Shown here: positions 16,270-25,930 of the stretch, in pieces | Numbering within the stretch: position 1 is the stretch's first letter | How the letters are laid out: each line of letters begins with the position of its first letter | Source: Bacillus zhangzhouensis | GTDB lineage: Bacteria; Bacillota; Bacilli; Bacillales; Bacillaceae | DNA: 40,000 nucleotides | Reading direction: 5' to 3' | Assembly (NCBI GenBank): GCA_025809375.1 | Contig: CP099514.1 | Span: 2,491,528 to 2,531,527, forward strand | Program-made: the position numbers and the translations under genes | The notes under the pieces: model-generated | The model's input: only the letters and a program-made list of their open reading frames with translations | Database searches by the model: none | Told to the model about the DNA's origin: nothing

Positions 16270-16451
16270 TTATTTACCTCCTTTCTTTACTTCTTTTTCT
16301 AGCATGTCTAGCTTGTAGCTGATGAGTCCGAAAAGGAATGCTTTGAACGGTCTTGGTGATTCGTATATTTCCAGGAGTTCAGATGGGGAGTAGTGAAGCT
16401 CGTGCATCGCGTAATATAAAAACACCGCTTCTTTATCCCCATCTTTTATTA
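16269..16451 (-). CDS. -1 frame extension of the tail assembly chaperone (gpGT-like frameshift product)
   Basis: The -1 frame is open from the slippery site to a TAA that overlaps the tape-measure ATG (TAATG). It reads [62 protein letters not shown]. No independent start or SD. Confidence 0.7.
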
Positions 16452-16889
16452 GTTTTTTGCTGCTTCTTCTAAATCTTCAATTTCATCCTCGAACCCATTG
16501 ATTTCGATCGCTTTGTTTAACCAGTTCGCATATTCACCGCCGACTGACAGAACACGTTTTGCTACTTCAACTGGATCTTGTGTGCTGTAGGCTTCTCTTA
16601 ATTCCTTTGAACGAAAATCTGGGTACATCGTTGATTCAATCGCAATACGTGCGTAGAAGCGCTGGCTGTCTAAGTCTTTCACACGTCCTCTGCCTTTGAC
16701 ATTTTTGAAGGTTGTATTTTCTTTTTCCAGTTCATCAATACGTTCCGTTGTAATGGCTTTAAAGATAAAAGGAATGACATTCCCTTTTTTATCAACAAAA
16801 CGCTTAGAAATCGGTACTTTGACTTCTTCCGCTTCTACTGTTTGTCCTGGCATAAAAAATGAAAGATCAAATGTTTGTTTTTCACTCAT
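16449..16889 (-). CDS. xkdN: Tail assembly chaperone
   Basis: The likely start is ATG 16889 (MSEKQTFDL..), after AAAGGGAG. It lies between the tube and tape measure genes and has an acidic C-terminus. Confidence 0.8.
   Translation of the reverse strand: MSEKQTFDLSFFMPGQTVEAEEVKVPISKRFVDKKGNVIPFIFKAITTERIDELEKENTTFKNVKGRGRVKDLDSQRFYARIAIESTMYPDFRSKELREAYSTQDPVEVAKRVLSVGGEYANWLNKAIEINGFEDEIEDLEEAAKN
16452..16458 (-). promoter_or_regulatory. Programmed -1 ribosomal frameshift heptamer A AAA AAC
   Basis: Zero-frame codons are GCA AAA AAC TAA. This is a canonical X XXY YYZ heptamer immediately before the xkdN stop. Confidence 0.65.
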
Positions 16890-16924
16890 GTTTAAAAACT
16901 CCCTTTGTGATGTTTTTTTGAATG

Positions 16925-16955
16925 CAAAAAAGCACATCCATTTTTTGAATGTGCT
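16925..16955 (-). terminator. Weak terminator-like hairpin upstream of xkdN
   Basis: On the minus strand AGCACAT, an 11-nt loop and ATGTGCT are followed by T6. It may limit read-through from the antisense RNA or tube region. Confidence 0.35.
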
Positions 16956-16963
16956 TTCCAATC

Positions 16964-16991
16964 TTTTCAAATATAATTTAAATTGTACAAT
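16964..16991 (+). promoter_or_regulatory. Candidate sigma-A promoter of the toxin mRNA
   Basis: TTTTCA (16964-16969), 16-nt spacer, TACAAT (16986-16991). It lies about 55 nt upstream of the toxin start. Confidence 0.35.
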
Positions 16992-17047
16992 TGAACGGCT
17001 TGCTCAAGGGCGTCTGGCTCATCCCCGATAGGAAGGGGGTGATGCAT

Positions 17048-17131
17048 ATGTCAACATTTGAAGCGATTTCCCTCATGCTTTTATTCGGGATGTTTATCTT
17101 TACTTTGTTGACGTATATAGACAAAAAATAG
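17048..17131 (+). CDS. 27-aa holin-like type I toxin (BsrE/BsrH/TxpA, Hol-Tox-like)
   Basis: MSTFEAISLMLLFGMFIFTLLTYIDKK. A very strong SD GGAAGGGGGTGA ends 5 nt before the ATG. It is on the opposite strand to the tail operon, inside a 515-bp gap. Confidence 0.8.
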   Translation: MSTFEAISLMLLFGMFIFTLLTYIDKK

Positions 17132-17340
17132 ACTCCCCCTTGAGCTGTGGAAGGTTAAAGGGAAGTCTACCTAAAGAACCTATTCGATAAGCCAGCCCCT
17201 AGTAGGGCCTCATTGTACATTGCCGGGATGTTAGAACATCCTGGCTTCTTTTTATTTTATGCAAATTGCTTTGCATGTAAACATATTTTAATGAGTCAAA
17301 TACAAGACGTTACCAGACGGCTTCAAGACGGTTGTATTAC
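17122..17340 (-). ncRNA. Predicted cis-antisense antitoxin RNA (~220 nt) overlapping the toxin 3' UTR
   Basis: It would start about 7 nt below the TGCTATAAT box (17347-17355, minus strand). It would end at an 11-bp hairpin (17131-17141 / 17157-17167), G-U-stabilised only in the minus-strand RNA, followed by UAUUUUUU. The ends are predicted, not measured. Confidence 0.5.
17222..17258 (+). terminator. Rho-independent terminator of the toxin mRNA
   Basis: 11-bp stem GCCGGGATGTT/AACATCCTGGC, loop AGA, then TTCTTTTTATTTT. Confidence 0.75.
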
Positions 17341-17346
17341 AACTGC

Positions 17347-17377
17347 ATTATAGCATAGTCAGTTGTTATTATGCTAA
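17347..17377 (-). promoter_or_regulatory. Extended -10 promoter for the antisense RNA
   Basis: On the minus strand TGCTATAAT (17347-17355) with a weak -35 TTAGCA (17372-17377) at 19-nt spacing. Confidence 0.45.
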
Positions 17378-17404
17378 TGAATTAGTTCATTTCCTTCACT
17401 TTTC

Positions 17405-17848
17405 TTAGAAAGTATTCTTTAACTTCTCAGGAAGATCAAAATCTTCAAACGTGAAAGGAACTTCTTCTTCAAGCGCCTCTGAATCAACATCTAATCCTGC
17501 GATTTTAGCAGAATCAAAGTTCACATCAAATAATGTCACACGCTCAGTGCCACGGCCTGATGATTTATCGTCAATGACAGCTTGAAGAGTGAAATATGGA
17601 TCTTCCCCTTTTTTCACATAATTGAGCATCAATTGAACGAAACGGGATGTAACTTTATAGAATGTTGCTGTTCCTGTTCCATTTGCCCCCGTTGTTTTAT
17701 GGCCGGTCATTCGGCGGCCCATGACGTTCACTTCTGATTTGTTTTTCTCCACGTTTGCTTCGAAGGTTTTGATAAACGCAAGCTCCTCACCTTCTAAGAA
17801 AAGACGACCTTCTTTACCTGAAATTGTATTTTGTGCTTTAAAAGCCAT
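17405..17848 (-). CDS. xkdM: Tail tube protein
   Basis: 147 aa, the same length as PBSX XkdM. It lies immediately after the sheath gene. Confidence 0.85.
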   Translation of the reverse strand: MAFKAQNTISGKEGRLFLEGEELAFIKTFEANVEKNKSEVNVMGRRMTGHKTTGANGTGTATFYKVTSRFVQLMLNYVKKGEDPYFTLQAVIDDKSSGRGTERVTLFDVNFDSAKIAGLDVDSEALEEEVPFTFEDFDLPEKLKNTF

Positions 17849-17849
17849 C

Positions 17850-19196
17850 TTACTTCACCTCCACATTGAAATAGAATTTTTCTGCTGCATCTACTGGTTG
17901 AACTGCTAAATCGATGATCAATCCATCACGATCTTCATTGAGACTGATCACGATATCTGTTTCTGAATTAAAGCCTGTAATGCCGCTGCCATCTTGAAGC
18001 TGTGTGAGATACTGGGTAATCAGTGTTTTCACAAGCTGTACACCATCATCTGATGCTGGAATGTCATTACCATTGGCCTTGCGTAATTTGATCAGATTTT
18101 TTAATTCGAATGTTAAATCATTGTTGATCGCATCAAGCACACGAATGATTTTGTTTTTCGCCATTTGCTGGTTCTTTTCAGTTGTGAAACTTGTCAAGGA
18201 GTTAATATCTTTTTCAACACTCACGGTACGATCTCTCGCATCAAAGGTGAAAAGGAACTCCCCTTGTGATAATCGGGATTCTACTTGATCATTGTCAAGG
18301 CGTTCTAATGTATCGACTGCTCCTTCGTATTCAACAAAGGTCAGTGACTGATTAAAGTTCGCTCCGGCACTTGCACCTGCGACCCATGCTGTTGTTTTAG
18401 CAGGGGGTAGTTCTGTTCCATCTTCGAGTACAACACCGCTTGTCACATTGATGATTCCTTCTTGGTCAGCTGCATAATTAGCCACAACCCCTTGCACCTT
18501 ACGTCCTTGCTTATCACGTAGACGTTCGATAAATGAAGCGAAGGTTGCTTTTAATTGTTCACTATGATCGACTGGAAGAGCAATGACATCGAAGTATTCA
18601 GTTTCTGCTGCTTCTAGGAAAGCTGTATAATCTGCGACACTGGCTACGCCGTTTTTCCCGCCGCTTAGTGCCACACCAGCTGTAATGACGGCTTCACCTT
18701 TACCAGAAAATTGAACGTGCTTGTTTTTCACAAGGTCTTTGACATCAGTGACGACCTGTTTATCCACAATATCTGTTCCAAGATAAGTGATAACATCGCG
18801 TTTTGTGCTATCAAGTACATTTTCTGAGACTTGCACTGTGATCTCATTTCCTTTTTGGCCGCCATAATTTGCTGTGACGACAAAATTTTCAGCAATTTCG
18901 GCTTTGGCCGGCTCTCCTTCATTTAGACGGTAAAGCAAGACCGTTTGCGCTTTTTTCTTTGCTTCACGGAAAAGAAGCAGTGACTTATCATCAATGTTGA
19001 GACCAACCTTTTTATTTAAATCTTCCATATTTGAAACAGAAATAAAGGTTTTTGGTTCTCCCCAGCTCATCACAAGGGGAATTGCCACCGTACCTCGATC
19101 GCCTAAAGTAATTCGCTGCTCTGCTGTTGTTTTAAAATTAAAGTAAATGCCAGGACGCTTTTTCTCTGTACCTGGTGTAAAAGTGCCTCCGTTCAT
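17850..19196 (-). CDS. xkdK: Contractile tail sheath protein
   Basis: 448 aa with an AAGGAGG SD. Position and size match XkdK. Confidence 0.85.
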   Translation of the reverse strand: MNGGTFTPGTEKKRPGIYFNFKTTAEQRITLGDRGTVAIPLVMSWGEPKTFISVSNMEDLNKKVGLNIDDKSLLLFREAKKKAQTVLLYRLNEGEPAKAEIAENFVVTANYGGQKGNEITVQVSENVLDSTKRDVITYLGTDIVDKQVVTDVKDLVKNKHVQFSGKGEAVITAGVALSGGKNGVASVADYTAFLEAAETEYFDVIALPVDHSEQLKATFASFIERLRDKQGRKVQGVVANYAADQEGIINVTSGVVLEDGTELPPAKTTAWVAGASAGANFNQSLTFVEYEGAVDTLERLDNDQVESRLSQGEFLFTFDARDRTVSVEKDINSLTSFTTEKNQQMAKNKIIRVLDAINNDLTFELKNLIKLRKANGNDIPASDDGVQLVKTLITQYLTQLQDGSGITGFNSETDIVISLNEDRDGLIIDLAVQPVDAAEKFYFNVEVK

Positions 19197-19199
19197 CCT

Positions 19200-19412
19200 T
19201 TAAACCTCCTTGGACAAAAAAGCATCAATGTGCTGTTTCGCTTCTGTTTTTGTAATTGGTTGATGTTTGATATAAAAAAGAGCCCCTTCAAGGATTTCAG
19301 GCTTGACCCCAAAAATATCCTTACTGTGCTCCTTTAAGGCTTCAAATGAAAAGCCAAATTCTTTTTCTTCGCCGGCTGTTTGAGCGGGCTGTACATTTTT
19401 AGTTTTGCTCAC
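19200..19412 (-). CDS. Small phage protein upstream of the sheath gene (70 aa)
   Basis: GTG start after GGGGTGA. It corresponds in position to the small gene between xkdJ and xkdK in PBSX. Confidence 0.55.
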   Translation of the reverse strand: MSKTKNVQPAQTAGEEKEFGFSFEALKEHSKDIFGVKPEILEGALFYIKHQPITKTEAKQHIDAFLSKEV

Positions 19413-19854
19413 GTTTGATCACCCCATCTGAAAAGTTAATATCTTCAAGGCTTGCCTGTTTGTCGCGGTTATACCAATAGCTGCTATCCCACGTGAGGAC
19501 AATCGCTGCTACACCTTGATCTATCACTCTTGTTTCCACTCTTTTGATGCGGACATAATCATCAAGCACCTCTCCGTCTTCACTCATCATCTGAAATGTT
19601 TGACGATCAGCAAGCAATGCATCAACGATTGTTTCTGCCGCATCATATGCTTTTTCTGTATCAATATGAAAGATTTTCACTTGAAGCGAATAAGATTTCA
19701 TAAAGGTAGAGACTGTATCTGGACCACTGATAACTGTCACAGGCGGCACATAAACAGATGGCACTTGAAAGCGTTCCGGCAAAAGACGATCATACATTGT
19801 CACTGGAAAGTGAGTGTAGATATAATGCATGATTGCCCCGACTTCTTGATTCAT
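19399..19854 (-). CDS. xkdJ: Tail completion / tail terminator-like protein
   Basis: The likely start is ATG 19854 (MNQEVGAIMHY..), after GGGAGGTGA. Assigned by synteny. Confidence 0.65.
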   Translation of the reverse strand: MNQEVGAIMHYIYTHFPVTMYDRLLPERFQVPSVYVPPVTVISGPDTVSTFMKSYSLQVKIFHIDTEKAYDAAETIVDALLADRQTFQMMSEDGEVLDDYVRIKRVETRVIDQGVAAIVLTWDSSYWYNRDKQASLEDINFSDGVIKREQN

Positions 19855-19858
19855 TCCA

Positions 19859-20356
19859 TCACCTCCCAAAATGTCGATCGAACCAGCTTTTCAGCTTTCG
19901 ATCCAGTGACTGTTCAAACATTTGCTCATAGAGCATGACAGCTTGATCCCAGTAGCCATTGCCATCAATCCATTGAGAGGCAAGCATCATTCCTGTACTT
20001 GCATTCGGATCATATTCAAAGCGGCTGCCAGTCCATCTGCCGGGCACCCATCTTCGCTCTCCACTTGAAGAAGTGGCATATCCGTCATTAACATAGGAGG
20101 CATATTCAAGCTGCGTTCCCACTTCAAGTGTGAGACCGCCTTTTGACATGAGAAAATAATTCTCCTTGTCGCCTTGCGTAAAAGAGCTTAGAAGCCGGCC
20201 TGTATCGACAGCATTCTCCTTGATTAATTCATCCTGAATGATGTCTAGAAACTGCAGGCCCATGCCCTCCAGCCAATCTTGATATTCTGCCTTTAAGCCG
20301 CCGTCACAAGCTGTCTGCAGCTGTAAAATCAGCCGGTCAAGTCCATCAATTCTCAT
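19859..20356 (-). CDS. xkdI: HK97 gp10-family head-tail joining protein
   Basis: 165 aa. The N-terminal MRIDGLDRLILQLQ is typical of the gp10 family. Assigned by synteny. Confidence 0.7.
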   Translation of the reverse strand: MRIDGLDRLILQLQTACDGGLKAEYQDWLEGMGLQFLDIIQDELIKENAVDTGRLLSSFTQGDKENYFLMSKGGLTLEVGTQLEYASYVNDGYATSSSGERRWVPGRWTGSRFEYDPNASTGMMLASQWIDGNGYWDQAVMLYEQMFEQSLDRKLKSWFDRHFGR

Positions 20357-20709
20357 AGATTTTCCTTCCTGACTGCCATCACTTCGATGTGATGATTTTT
20401 CACTTTTTTAGGCTGCTGTAATTTGAGTGATACACCATTCCACATCATTTTGTCATGCAAGCGAATATCACTTGCTAAAGAAAAATGGACAAGATAGGAT
20501 TGATAAATGACTGTATTCGGCTCTTCTTGCACAAGTGACTGGTTCTTTTCTATGACATAACAAGCTAGATCAGTCAGGCTGGGCGCATCGGGATAGGAAC
20601 ATGTCATTTGTAAATCATCAGCTGGAATGCCAAATTTCCCGCGGACAGATTCCTTATGTTCAAGGTGAAAAAGATCACAGCGATCTGTTAATAGAGATTG
20701 ATAGCTCAT
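20353..20709 (-). CDS. xkdH: Head-tail adaptor protein
   Basis: 118 aa, the length I remember for XkdH. Overlapping stop/start with both neighbours. Confidence 0.65.
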   Translation of the reverse strand: MSYQSLLTDRCDLFHLEHKESVRGKFGIPADDLQMTCSYPDAPSLTDLACYVIEKNQSLVQEEPNTVIYQSYLVHFSLASDIRLHDKMMWNGVSLKLQQPKKVKNHHIEVMAVRKENL

Positions 20710-21089
20710 AATGACCTCACCTTTAGTTTGGCACTGCCGCCAGTCAACGTTGGTTCAATGTAATCTATCAGGAGGGCATATACATAGGGTCTGCCTTTCA
20801 CTTGATCAGCTGCCTTCGCATATGAATAATCGCCCATTTTTTCTGACGTAAAGCCTTTCATCATAGATTCGTCATCATTCAGCATGGCAAAATATTGGGC
20901 CATTTTTAATAATGCGATTCTTGCTTTTTCAGGGAGGGGCTGATATTTTTCGCTTGAGAAATCGTGACCTACGATCTGACATACCGCAGCTTCTGCTTCG
21001 ATAATATCTGCTGTCAGTCTTTCTACAGATCGATTTTTCACACGATCAAATACAGAATAGGCTTGCAGTTCTTCAGCAGAAATGATCAT
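20706..21089 (-). CDS. Head-tail connector protein (DUF3199 / YqbG-like)
   Basis: 127 aa, directly after the capsid gene as in PBSX and the skin element. Confidence 0.6.
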   Translation of the reverse strand: MIISAEELQAYSVFDRVKNRSVERLTADIIEAEAAVCQIVGHDFSSEKYQPLPEKARIALLKMAQYFAMLNDDESMMKGFTSEKMGDYSYAKAADQVKGRPYVYALLIDYIEPTLTGGSAKLKVRSL

Positions 21090-21102
21090 GGCCTGCCGTC
21101 AC

Positions 21103-22026
21103 CTACTCTTTCACTTTCATCACTTTTGCTACAGCATCCTCTTCCTCAAATTTGCTGTCTAGCTTCGCTGTTAGGACAATAATAAATTTACGGCGGCGAA
21201 TATCTTTTTCTACTTCAATTCGAATATTACGAGAGAAACCTATGATAATATTTTTAGGGTGTGTCAGCAAAATATCTGATACATCTGTTCCCGCTTCGTC
21301 ATATGGCTGCATATTGGCAAGACCTTTGACCGGCACACCGAATGCAGAAGAAAGTCCGCCTTGAATGACCGCATCTCCAAGTCCTGTCTGACGGTTTGCT
21401 ACTTGATCCTTCCACTCAACTTCTAAGCTTGGGGATGTGTAGAAACGGAAATCCTGAGGCACACGTAAATATTTTGACGGCATCGCTTTATAGGCTTGCT
21501 TAAACATTTGGCGGCTAATTTCTGCTCCATTTGCATCTACGATATGAGATACCGCTTGTTTTCTCACACCATCCATTTGAGCTAAAAATGGATCTGCTGA
21601 AGTCGTATCGCCATTGACGATGAGCTCTTCAATGTCAACTGCTGCTCGTTCAGCAAGCATTTGCATAATCGTCTGCTGCATTCCGTCTTTCTCCATATTG
21701 TTTTCAATGCTGTCGTAGGTCATATGAATCTCTGCTATGACCTCTTTCGCATTTAGATGGACAGTGCTTGTCGCTGGGACAACACGGTCTTTCGCATCAA
21801 GCGCTTTGCCTTCTTCTGCTGGGCGCAAAATACGCTGACCAAAGCCGATTTTTTCAATTTTTTGTGAATCACTTTCCATTGGAATGATACGTGCATCATT
21901 TAAAACGGTTGGTGTATTTTGCATCATTCTAATGAATGTGTTGGATTGGGTTGCGTTCATGAGACCGCCGGTTTTTAAGCTGGCAAGTGTCATTTCGGCC
22001 TTGCGAATCAACTCTTGATTTTTCAC
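21103..22026 (-). CDS. xkdG: Major capsid protein
   Basis: 307 aa. It follows the scaffold/protease gene. Size matches XkdG. Confidence 0.85.
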   Translation of the reverse strand: MKNQELIRKAEMTLASLKTGGLMNATQSNTFIRMMQNTPTVLNDARIIPMESDSQKIEKIGFGQRILRPAEEGKALDAKDRVVPATSTVHLNAKEVIAEIHMTYDSIENNMEKDGMQQTIMQMLAERAAVDIEELIVNGDTTSADPFLAQMDGVRKQAVSHIVDANGAEISRQMFKQAYKAMPSKYLRVPQDFRFYTSPSLEVEWKDQVANRQTGLGDAVIQGGLSSAFGVPVKGLANMQPYDEAGTDVSDILLTHPKNIIIGFSRNIRIEVEKDIRRRKFIIVLTAKLDSKFEEEDAVAKVMKVKE

Positions 22027-22048
22027 ACTGTTTCCTCCTTATTTAGGC

Positions 22049-23125
22049 TTATAGTAAGCCATCCCATATGGGCGTTGTACTGTCGTGTTGTGTATCGTGG
22101 ATGGTTTGTTTGGACATACCGCGCGCTTTTTCAAGCATGTGAATCCGCTCTGAAATAGGCAAAAGCTGCTGCTGAAGCACTTGCTCAAGCGCTGCTTTTT
22201 CTCTGCTGGCTGATTTCTCTAAGGAAGAAAGCTGATGACGAATCGGTGCAACTACTTGCTCAAGCACCTTTTGGACAGGTTCTTCCCCAGTTTGATCTGT
22301 TTCCTGCTGTAAGACGTTTTCAATGGCCATTTTTGCTTTTTCAAGCTCTCGTACTTGCTCCGTTGTCAAAGCGGCGTCTTGTTTTTGTACGGAGACTGGT
22401 CTCTCGCCAATCGTTTGAAGCACATCTTCTGTCTTCAAAATGTCCTGCACAATTGGCAGCAATTGCTCAAGCGCTGCTCTTACACCCGCCTCATCACCAT
22501 TACTTGACTGTAAGGTTTCCAGCAGATGGTCTAAAACGCTCCAAAATTGTTGTGACATGTTTGCACCTTCCTCTTTCAAAAAAAAATTTTTCAGCAAAGA
22601 AAAAAGCCCTCTCTCATTTGTGCTTTGAGATAGGAGCTGATCTTGTTCTTCTATTGCTACGATGTCCGCCGTTCCTGCCATTGAATATCCTGTAATGTGG
22701 CCTTTCTGAATTTGATTCCAAATCTCTTGAGAAGCCTTTGTCACAAGCACCCAAGATCCTTTTCGAATCAGCTCACCCCCTACTTCAAAATCATCTGGTG
22801 CAATGTATGATTCAACCACTTCGCCAACACCATGTTGAAAATCATGCTGTTTGTCAATGTGACGGGCATCCTTCATAAAACCATGTGCCGCTCTTTCAAT
22901 TTCTTTGGCAGACATAAAGTCTTGGTGTGCATCTGGTGTATTCGGTTCATACACGACACCATACACAAGGCGATGAGCATCTTCTGCCTTTGTCAGTACA
23001 CTGACCTCCTTTTGAAAGTCAGGCTGGCTTTTCTTTGCCTTCATCAAAAAGAATTTCTTTTTGTTTGCTGCTTTGTCCACGTAGGAAACATGCGTAATTT
23101 TTGCGTTTTTTAATTCTCTCGGCAT
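22049..23125 (-). CDS. xkdF: XkdF-like prohead protease / scaffold protein
   Basis: The likely start is ATG 23125 (MPRELKNAKITHVSYVDKAANKKKF..), after AAAGGGGGTGA. The N-terminal XkdF-type domain is followed by a Q/E/L-rich coiled coil. Confidence 0.8.
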   Translation of the reverse strand: MPRELKNAKITHVSYVDKAANKKKFFLMKAKKSQPDFQKEVSVLTKAEDAHRLVYGVVYEPNTPDAHQDFMSAKEIERAAHGFMKDARHIDKQHDFQHGVGEVVESYIAPDDFEVGGELIRKGSWVLVTKASQEIWNQIQKGHITGYSMAGTADIVAIEEQDQLLSQSTNERGLFSLLKNFFLKEEGANMSQQFWSVLDHLLETLQSSNGDEAGVRAALEQLLPIVQDILKTEDVLQTIGERPVSVQKQDAALTTEQVRELEKAKMAIENVLQQETDQTGEEPVQKVLEQVVAPIRHQLSSLEKSASREKAALEQVLQQQLLPISERIHMLEKARGMSKQTIHDTQHDSTTPIWDGLL

Positions 23126-23162
23126 ATGTTCACCCCCTTTCAAAAAGCGCACGCGCCTCGGT

Positions 23163-24620
23163 TTATTCCTTCAACTGATCTGGCTCTCGTTGAGACAGTT
23201 GTTCAGCTGATGTCATACGGCTTTCTAAAGGTCTGTGATAGAGATGCTCCGGCCATTCCTCTAACGTTTTCCCAAGGATACGTCCCGCCAGATCTCGCAA
23301 ATCGTTTGGTGACACTGCCCCAGCCTGAATAAACGGTGTCAGAACCTTGGCCATCTCTAATGGGTCTCTAAAGTCAGGACCATTTAATAGGAAACGAACA
23401 TGCCAAATATCAAGATCCGGCAAAAAAAGGGTATTGAGTTTCCCTGTAATGAGATGCCGTTCCGGCTGAAATACCTGTTCTTCTGTTGTTTTCCGCGCCG
23501 TATCAGCTGTCGCTTTGTTATAGTCTTGGGACTCACCTGTGTAAATTGGCGGCAAGCGAAAAGCAGAGCGGATTTTGTTTCTTGTTTTTTCATCGTATTC
23601 TAAAAAGAGTGCATCTTCTTGCAAGATCTCTGCTAGGGATTTAAAGTTCACTTTGACATTTGAGACATCTTCTTCTCCAGAAAACCCTTTTTCCGTCGGA
23701 AGCCCTTCAACTTCAAGCAATAGAAACTTATGTGCATGATCAGAGCCTTCAATGTCGTCCATATAATCCTGAAGCTGCTGATAGGAAGACTCAGACAGCA
23801 TGCCATTTTCGACAATGATGGCACCAGGTACATGCCGTCCCTGTTTAAAATAAAGGTAGTTCAGCTCTTCTGCCTTGCGTGCCCCATACATATTGACGAT
23901 GTTGCCAATCCAGCGGGGAATCCCATACGTTCCACTGCCAATTTTAAAATGAATCACTTCTGTTGCGCGCAGCGGCTCTGGGGTGGTGTCATCATATTTG
24001 CCTGTTTCACAATGTAAAATGCGCGGATCACCATACTCCTTGAAGAAGACTTTCTTTTCATTGATCACCTGCACATATTTACGGAATCGTTTCTTTCGGT
24101 TCATTGTTTTCAATTCGCCGTTTTCTGTGTACCGGAATTCGACGTCGACTGGCTCACTAAGCTTGCAAATACGGATATGGAGCGCATCTAAATACTCGAT
24201 TCCTGCCGGCTTACCCTGGCCATCTCGGAGCACCTCTAAAAAACCATTGCCCGTTTTCTCTCGGTCTTCGATGACATAACCAAGCACTACATCAGCAGAT
24301 TCATCATAGTTCATGTATTTCGTAAACTCTTCAAGTCTTGTCCATTCCTTCTCTGCAGCCTTCTTTTTTGCTGGTTTCATACCTTCTGCATTAAAGTCAA
24401 AGGCATATTCTACACCAAAACCAAAACCTAAAATATTGGTCTTATACGCATCAATACATTGCTGAAGAATGGTTGAATATTCTGCCATACCTTTTAATTC
24501 ATTGATATTGTAAGGCGGGGGAACAATGTCATCCTTTTCGTAGGAAAATTCATCTGCATACATTTGTTTTGTATGATCAGACATGGTTGCCTTCATAATC
24601 GTTGCTTTCAATTGTTTCAT
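23163..24620 (-). CDS. xkdE: Portal protein (PBSX family)
   Basis: 485 aa, immediately downstream of the large terminase with an ATGA overlap. Confidence 0.85.
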   Translation of the reverse strand: MKQLKATIMKATMSDHTKQMYADEFSYEKDDIVPPPYNINELKGMAEYSTILQQCIDAYKTNILGFGFGVEYAFDFNAEGMKPAKKKAAEKEWTRLEEFTKYMNYDESADVVLGYVIEDREKTGNGFLEVLRDGQGKPAGIEYLDALHIRICKLSEPVDVEFRYTENGELKTMNRKKRFRKYVQVINEKKVFFKEYGDPRILHCETGKYDDTTPEPLRATEVIHFKIGSGTYGIPRWIGNIVNMYGARKAEELNYLYFKQGRHVPGAIIVENGMLSESSYQQLQDYMDDIEGSDHAHKFLLLEVEGLPTEKGFSGEEDVSNVKVNFKSLAEILQEDALFLEYDEKTRNKIRSAFRLPPIYTGESQDYNKATADTARKTTEEQVFQPERHLITGKLNTLFLPDLDIWHVRFLLNGPDFRDPLEMAKVLTPFIQAGAVSPNDLRDLAGRILGKTLEEWPEHLYHRPLESRMTSAEQLSQREPDQLKE

Positions 24621-25930
24621 TGTATAGACCTCCTCTCTCTGTTTGGACGGACACGCTCCGAGGCAGTCTGTTTTAAATCTGTCACTTCATAATCATCCAG
24701 CGCATACCAGATGGCTGATAATGTGTGGGGATCGATTTGAAATTCATCTTCCTCTATACGTCCATCCTTATCTGCCTTATAGGTTAGTGATCGAAGTTCA
24801 TAGATGGTAGATGGACAAGCATCAGAACAAATAATTTTCTTAAACCGTTTGATCTTTTTTGTATACTGCAAACGTGAACCTTGGAACTTATGTGCGGCTA
24901 CCATTTGAAAGCCGCGCTGCCGAAAGTAGTGAATGGTTTTAGGTTCGGCTGCGTCGGCTTTAATCAGTTCCTTTGATTCAATGAACTCTTTCAAGTCAAG
25001 GGCTGTTTCATCATCTGTTTTCCCGCGGTCGTAATATTCCCAATAAATATATAAGTACTTTTTTTCATGATCGACAGCTAGCCGAATGAGTGCATTGTAT
25101 GATTCAACAAATCCAAAATCCATGCCTGCTCGTTTCAGCGGTCTGTCTATCTGCTGAATGGCTTTTAATACATCAGAATGGCTTCTCACCTCAAATTGAG
25201 GAAAAACCTTTGTGCCATGAATGCCGAAATATCCCTTCCTCGCAATGCGATAGAGATCTGGGTCATACTCTTTCAGCTCATCCAGCTGCTTCACGTAGCT
25301 TTTAGGAAGAAATAGATTATCTTCCGCTGTGGAGTGATGATAATACGTATCCTTGATGACAACGGTTCGCTTTTTGTATAAGGTTTCGTCATCTAAAACA
25401 AAACGCTTCAGCTGTTCATCTCGAAAAAAATGTCTGTACGTCCAATTATCCTGACCAACAGGATTGGTGGATAACATCATATAAAGCGGTAAGGATGGAT
25501 GTCTCAGCCTTCCAAGTAGCTCTTTAAAACCTTCATAAGAAACCTCTGAACATTCCTCAATCCAAATGATCGAGATATTATTGATCGATTTCAATTTTTC
25601 AGGCTTGTCCAGCCCTTTAAATAAAATGCTGCTGCCATTTCGAAACGTCAGTGCAAGCGGCGAACTTCGGCACTTCACCACATGGTCGATACCTAAATCG
25701 CTGACGATCTCTTGTAATAGAGAAAAGGTTGATTCTCGGTGCGTATCATACACTTCTCGAATGACAAGTGCTGTCCGCTTTTCTTCCAGCAGTTTTAAGA
25801 CGAGCTTTAAAGCAATGTGATAGCTTTTGGAGGAACCATAGCCCCCTACTAAAAATTGAAACTTTTGATTCCAATTGAATAGAAAGTGTTCAAAGTGAGG
25901 ATTGACTTCTTTTTCAATCAATGGCGTCAT
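24617..25930 (-). CDS. xtmB: Terminase large subunit (PBSX family)
   Basis: 437 aa with a Walker A-like GGYGSSKS and a C-terminal nuclease region. Assigned by synteny. Confidence 0.9.
   Translation of the reverse strand: MTPLIEKEVNPHFEHFLFNWNQKFQFLVGGYGSSKSYHIALKLVLKLLEEKRTALVIREVYDTHRESTFSLLQEIVSDLGIDHVVKCRSSPLALTFRNGSSILFKGLDKPEKLKSINNISIIWIEECSEVSYEGFKELLGRLRHPSLPLYMMLSTNPVGQDNWTYRHFFRDEQLKRFVLDDETLYKKRTVVIKDTYYHHSTAEDNLFLPKSYVKQLDELKEYDPDLYRIARKGYFGIHGTKVFPQFEVRSHSDVLKAIQQIDRPLKRAGMDFGFVESYNALIRLAVDHEKKYLYIYWEYYDRGKTDDETALDLKEFIESKELIKADAAEPKTIHYFRQRGFQMVAAHKFQGSRLQYTKKIKRFKKIICSDACPSTIYELRSLTYKADKDGRIEEDEFQIDPHTLSAIWYALDDYEVTDLKQTASERVRPNRERRSIQ

Noticed and set aside
21152-25820. Numerous 60-150-aa plus-strand ORFs inside capsid, scaffold, portal and terminase genes
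   Set aside because: All are antisense to long, well-supported minus-strand genes. They lack SDs and have skewed composition.
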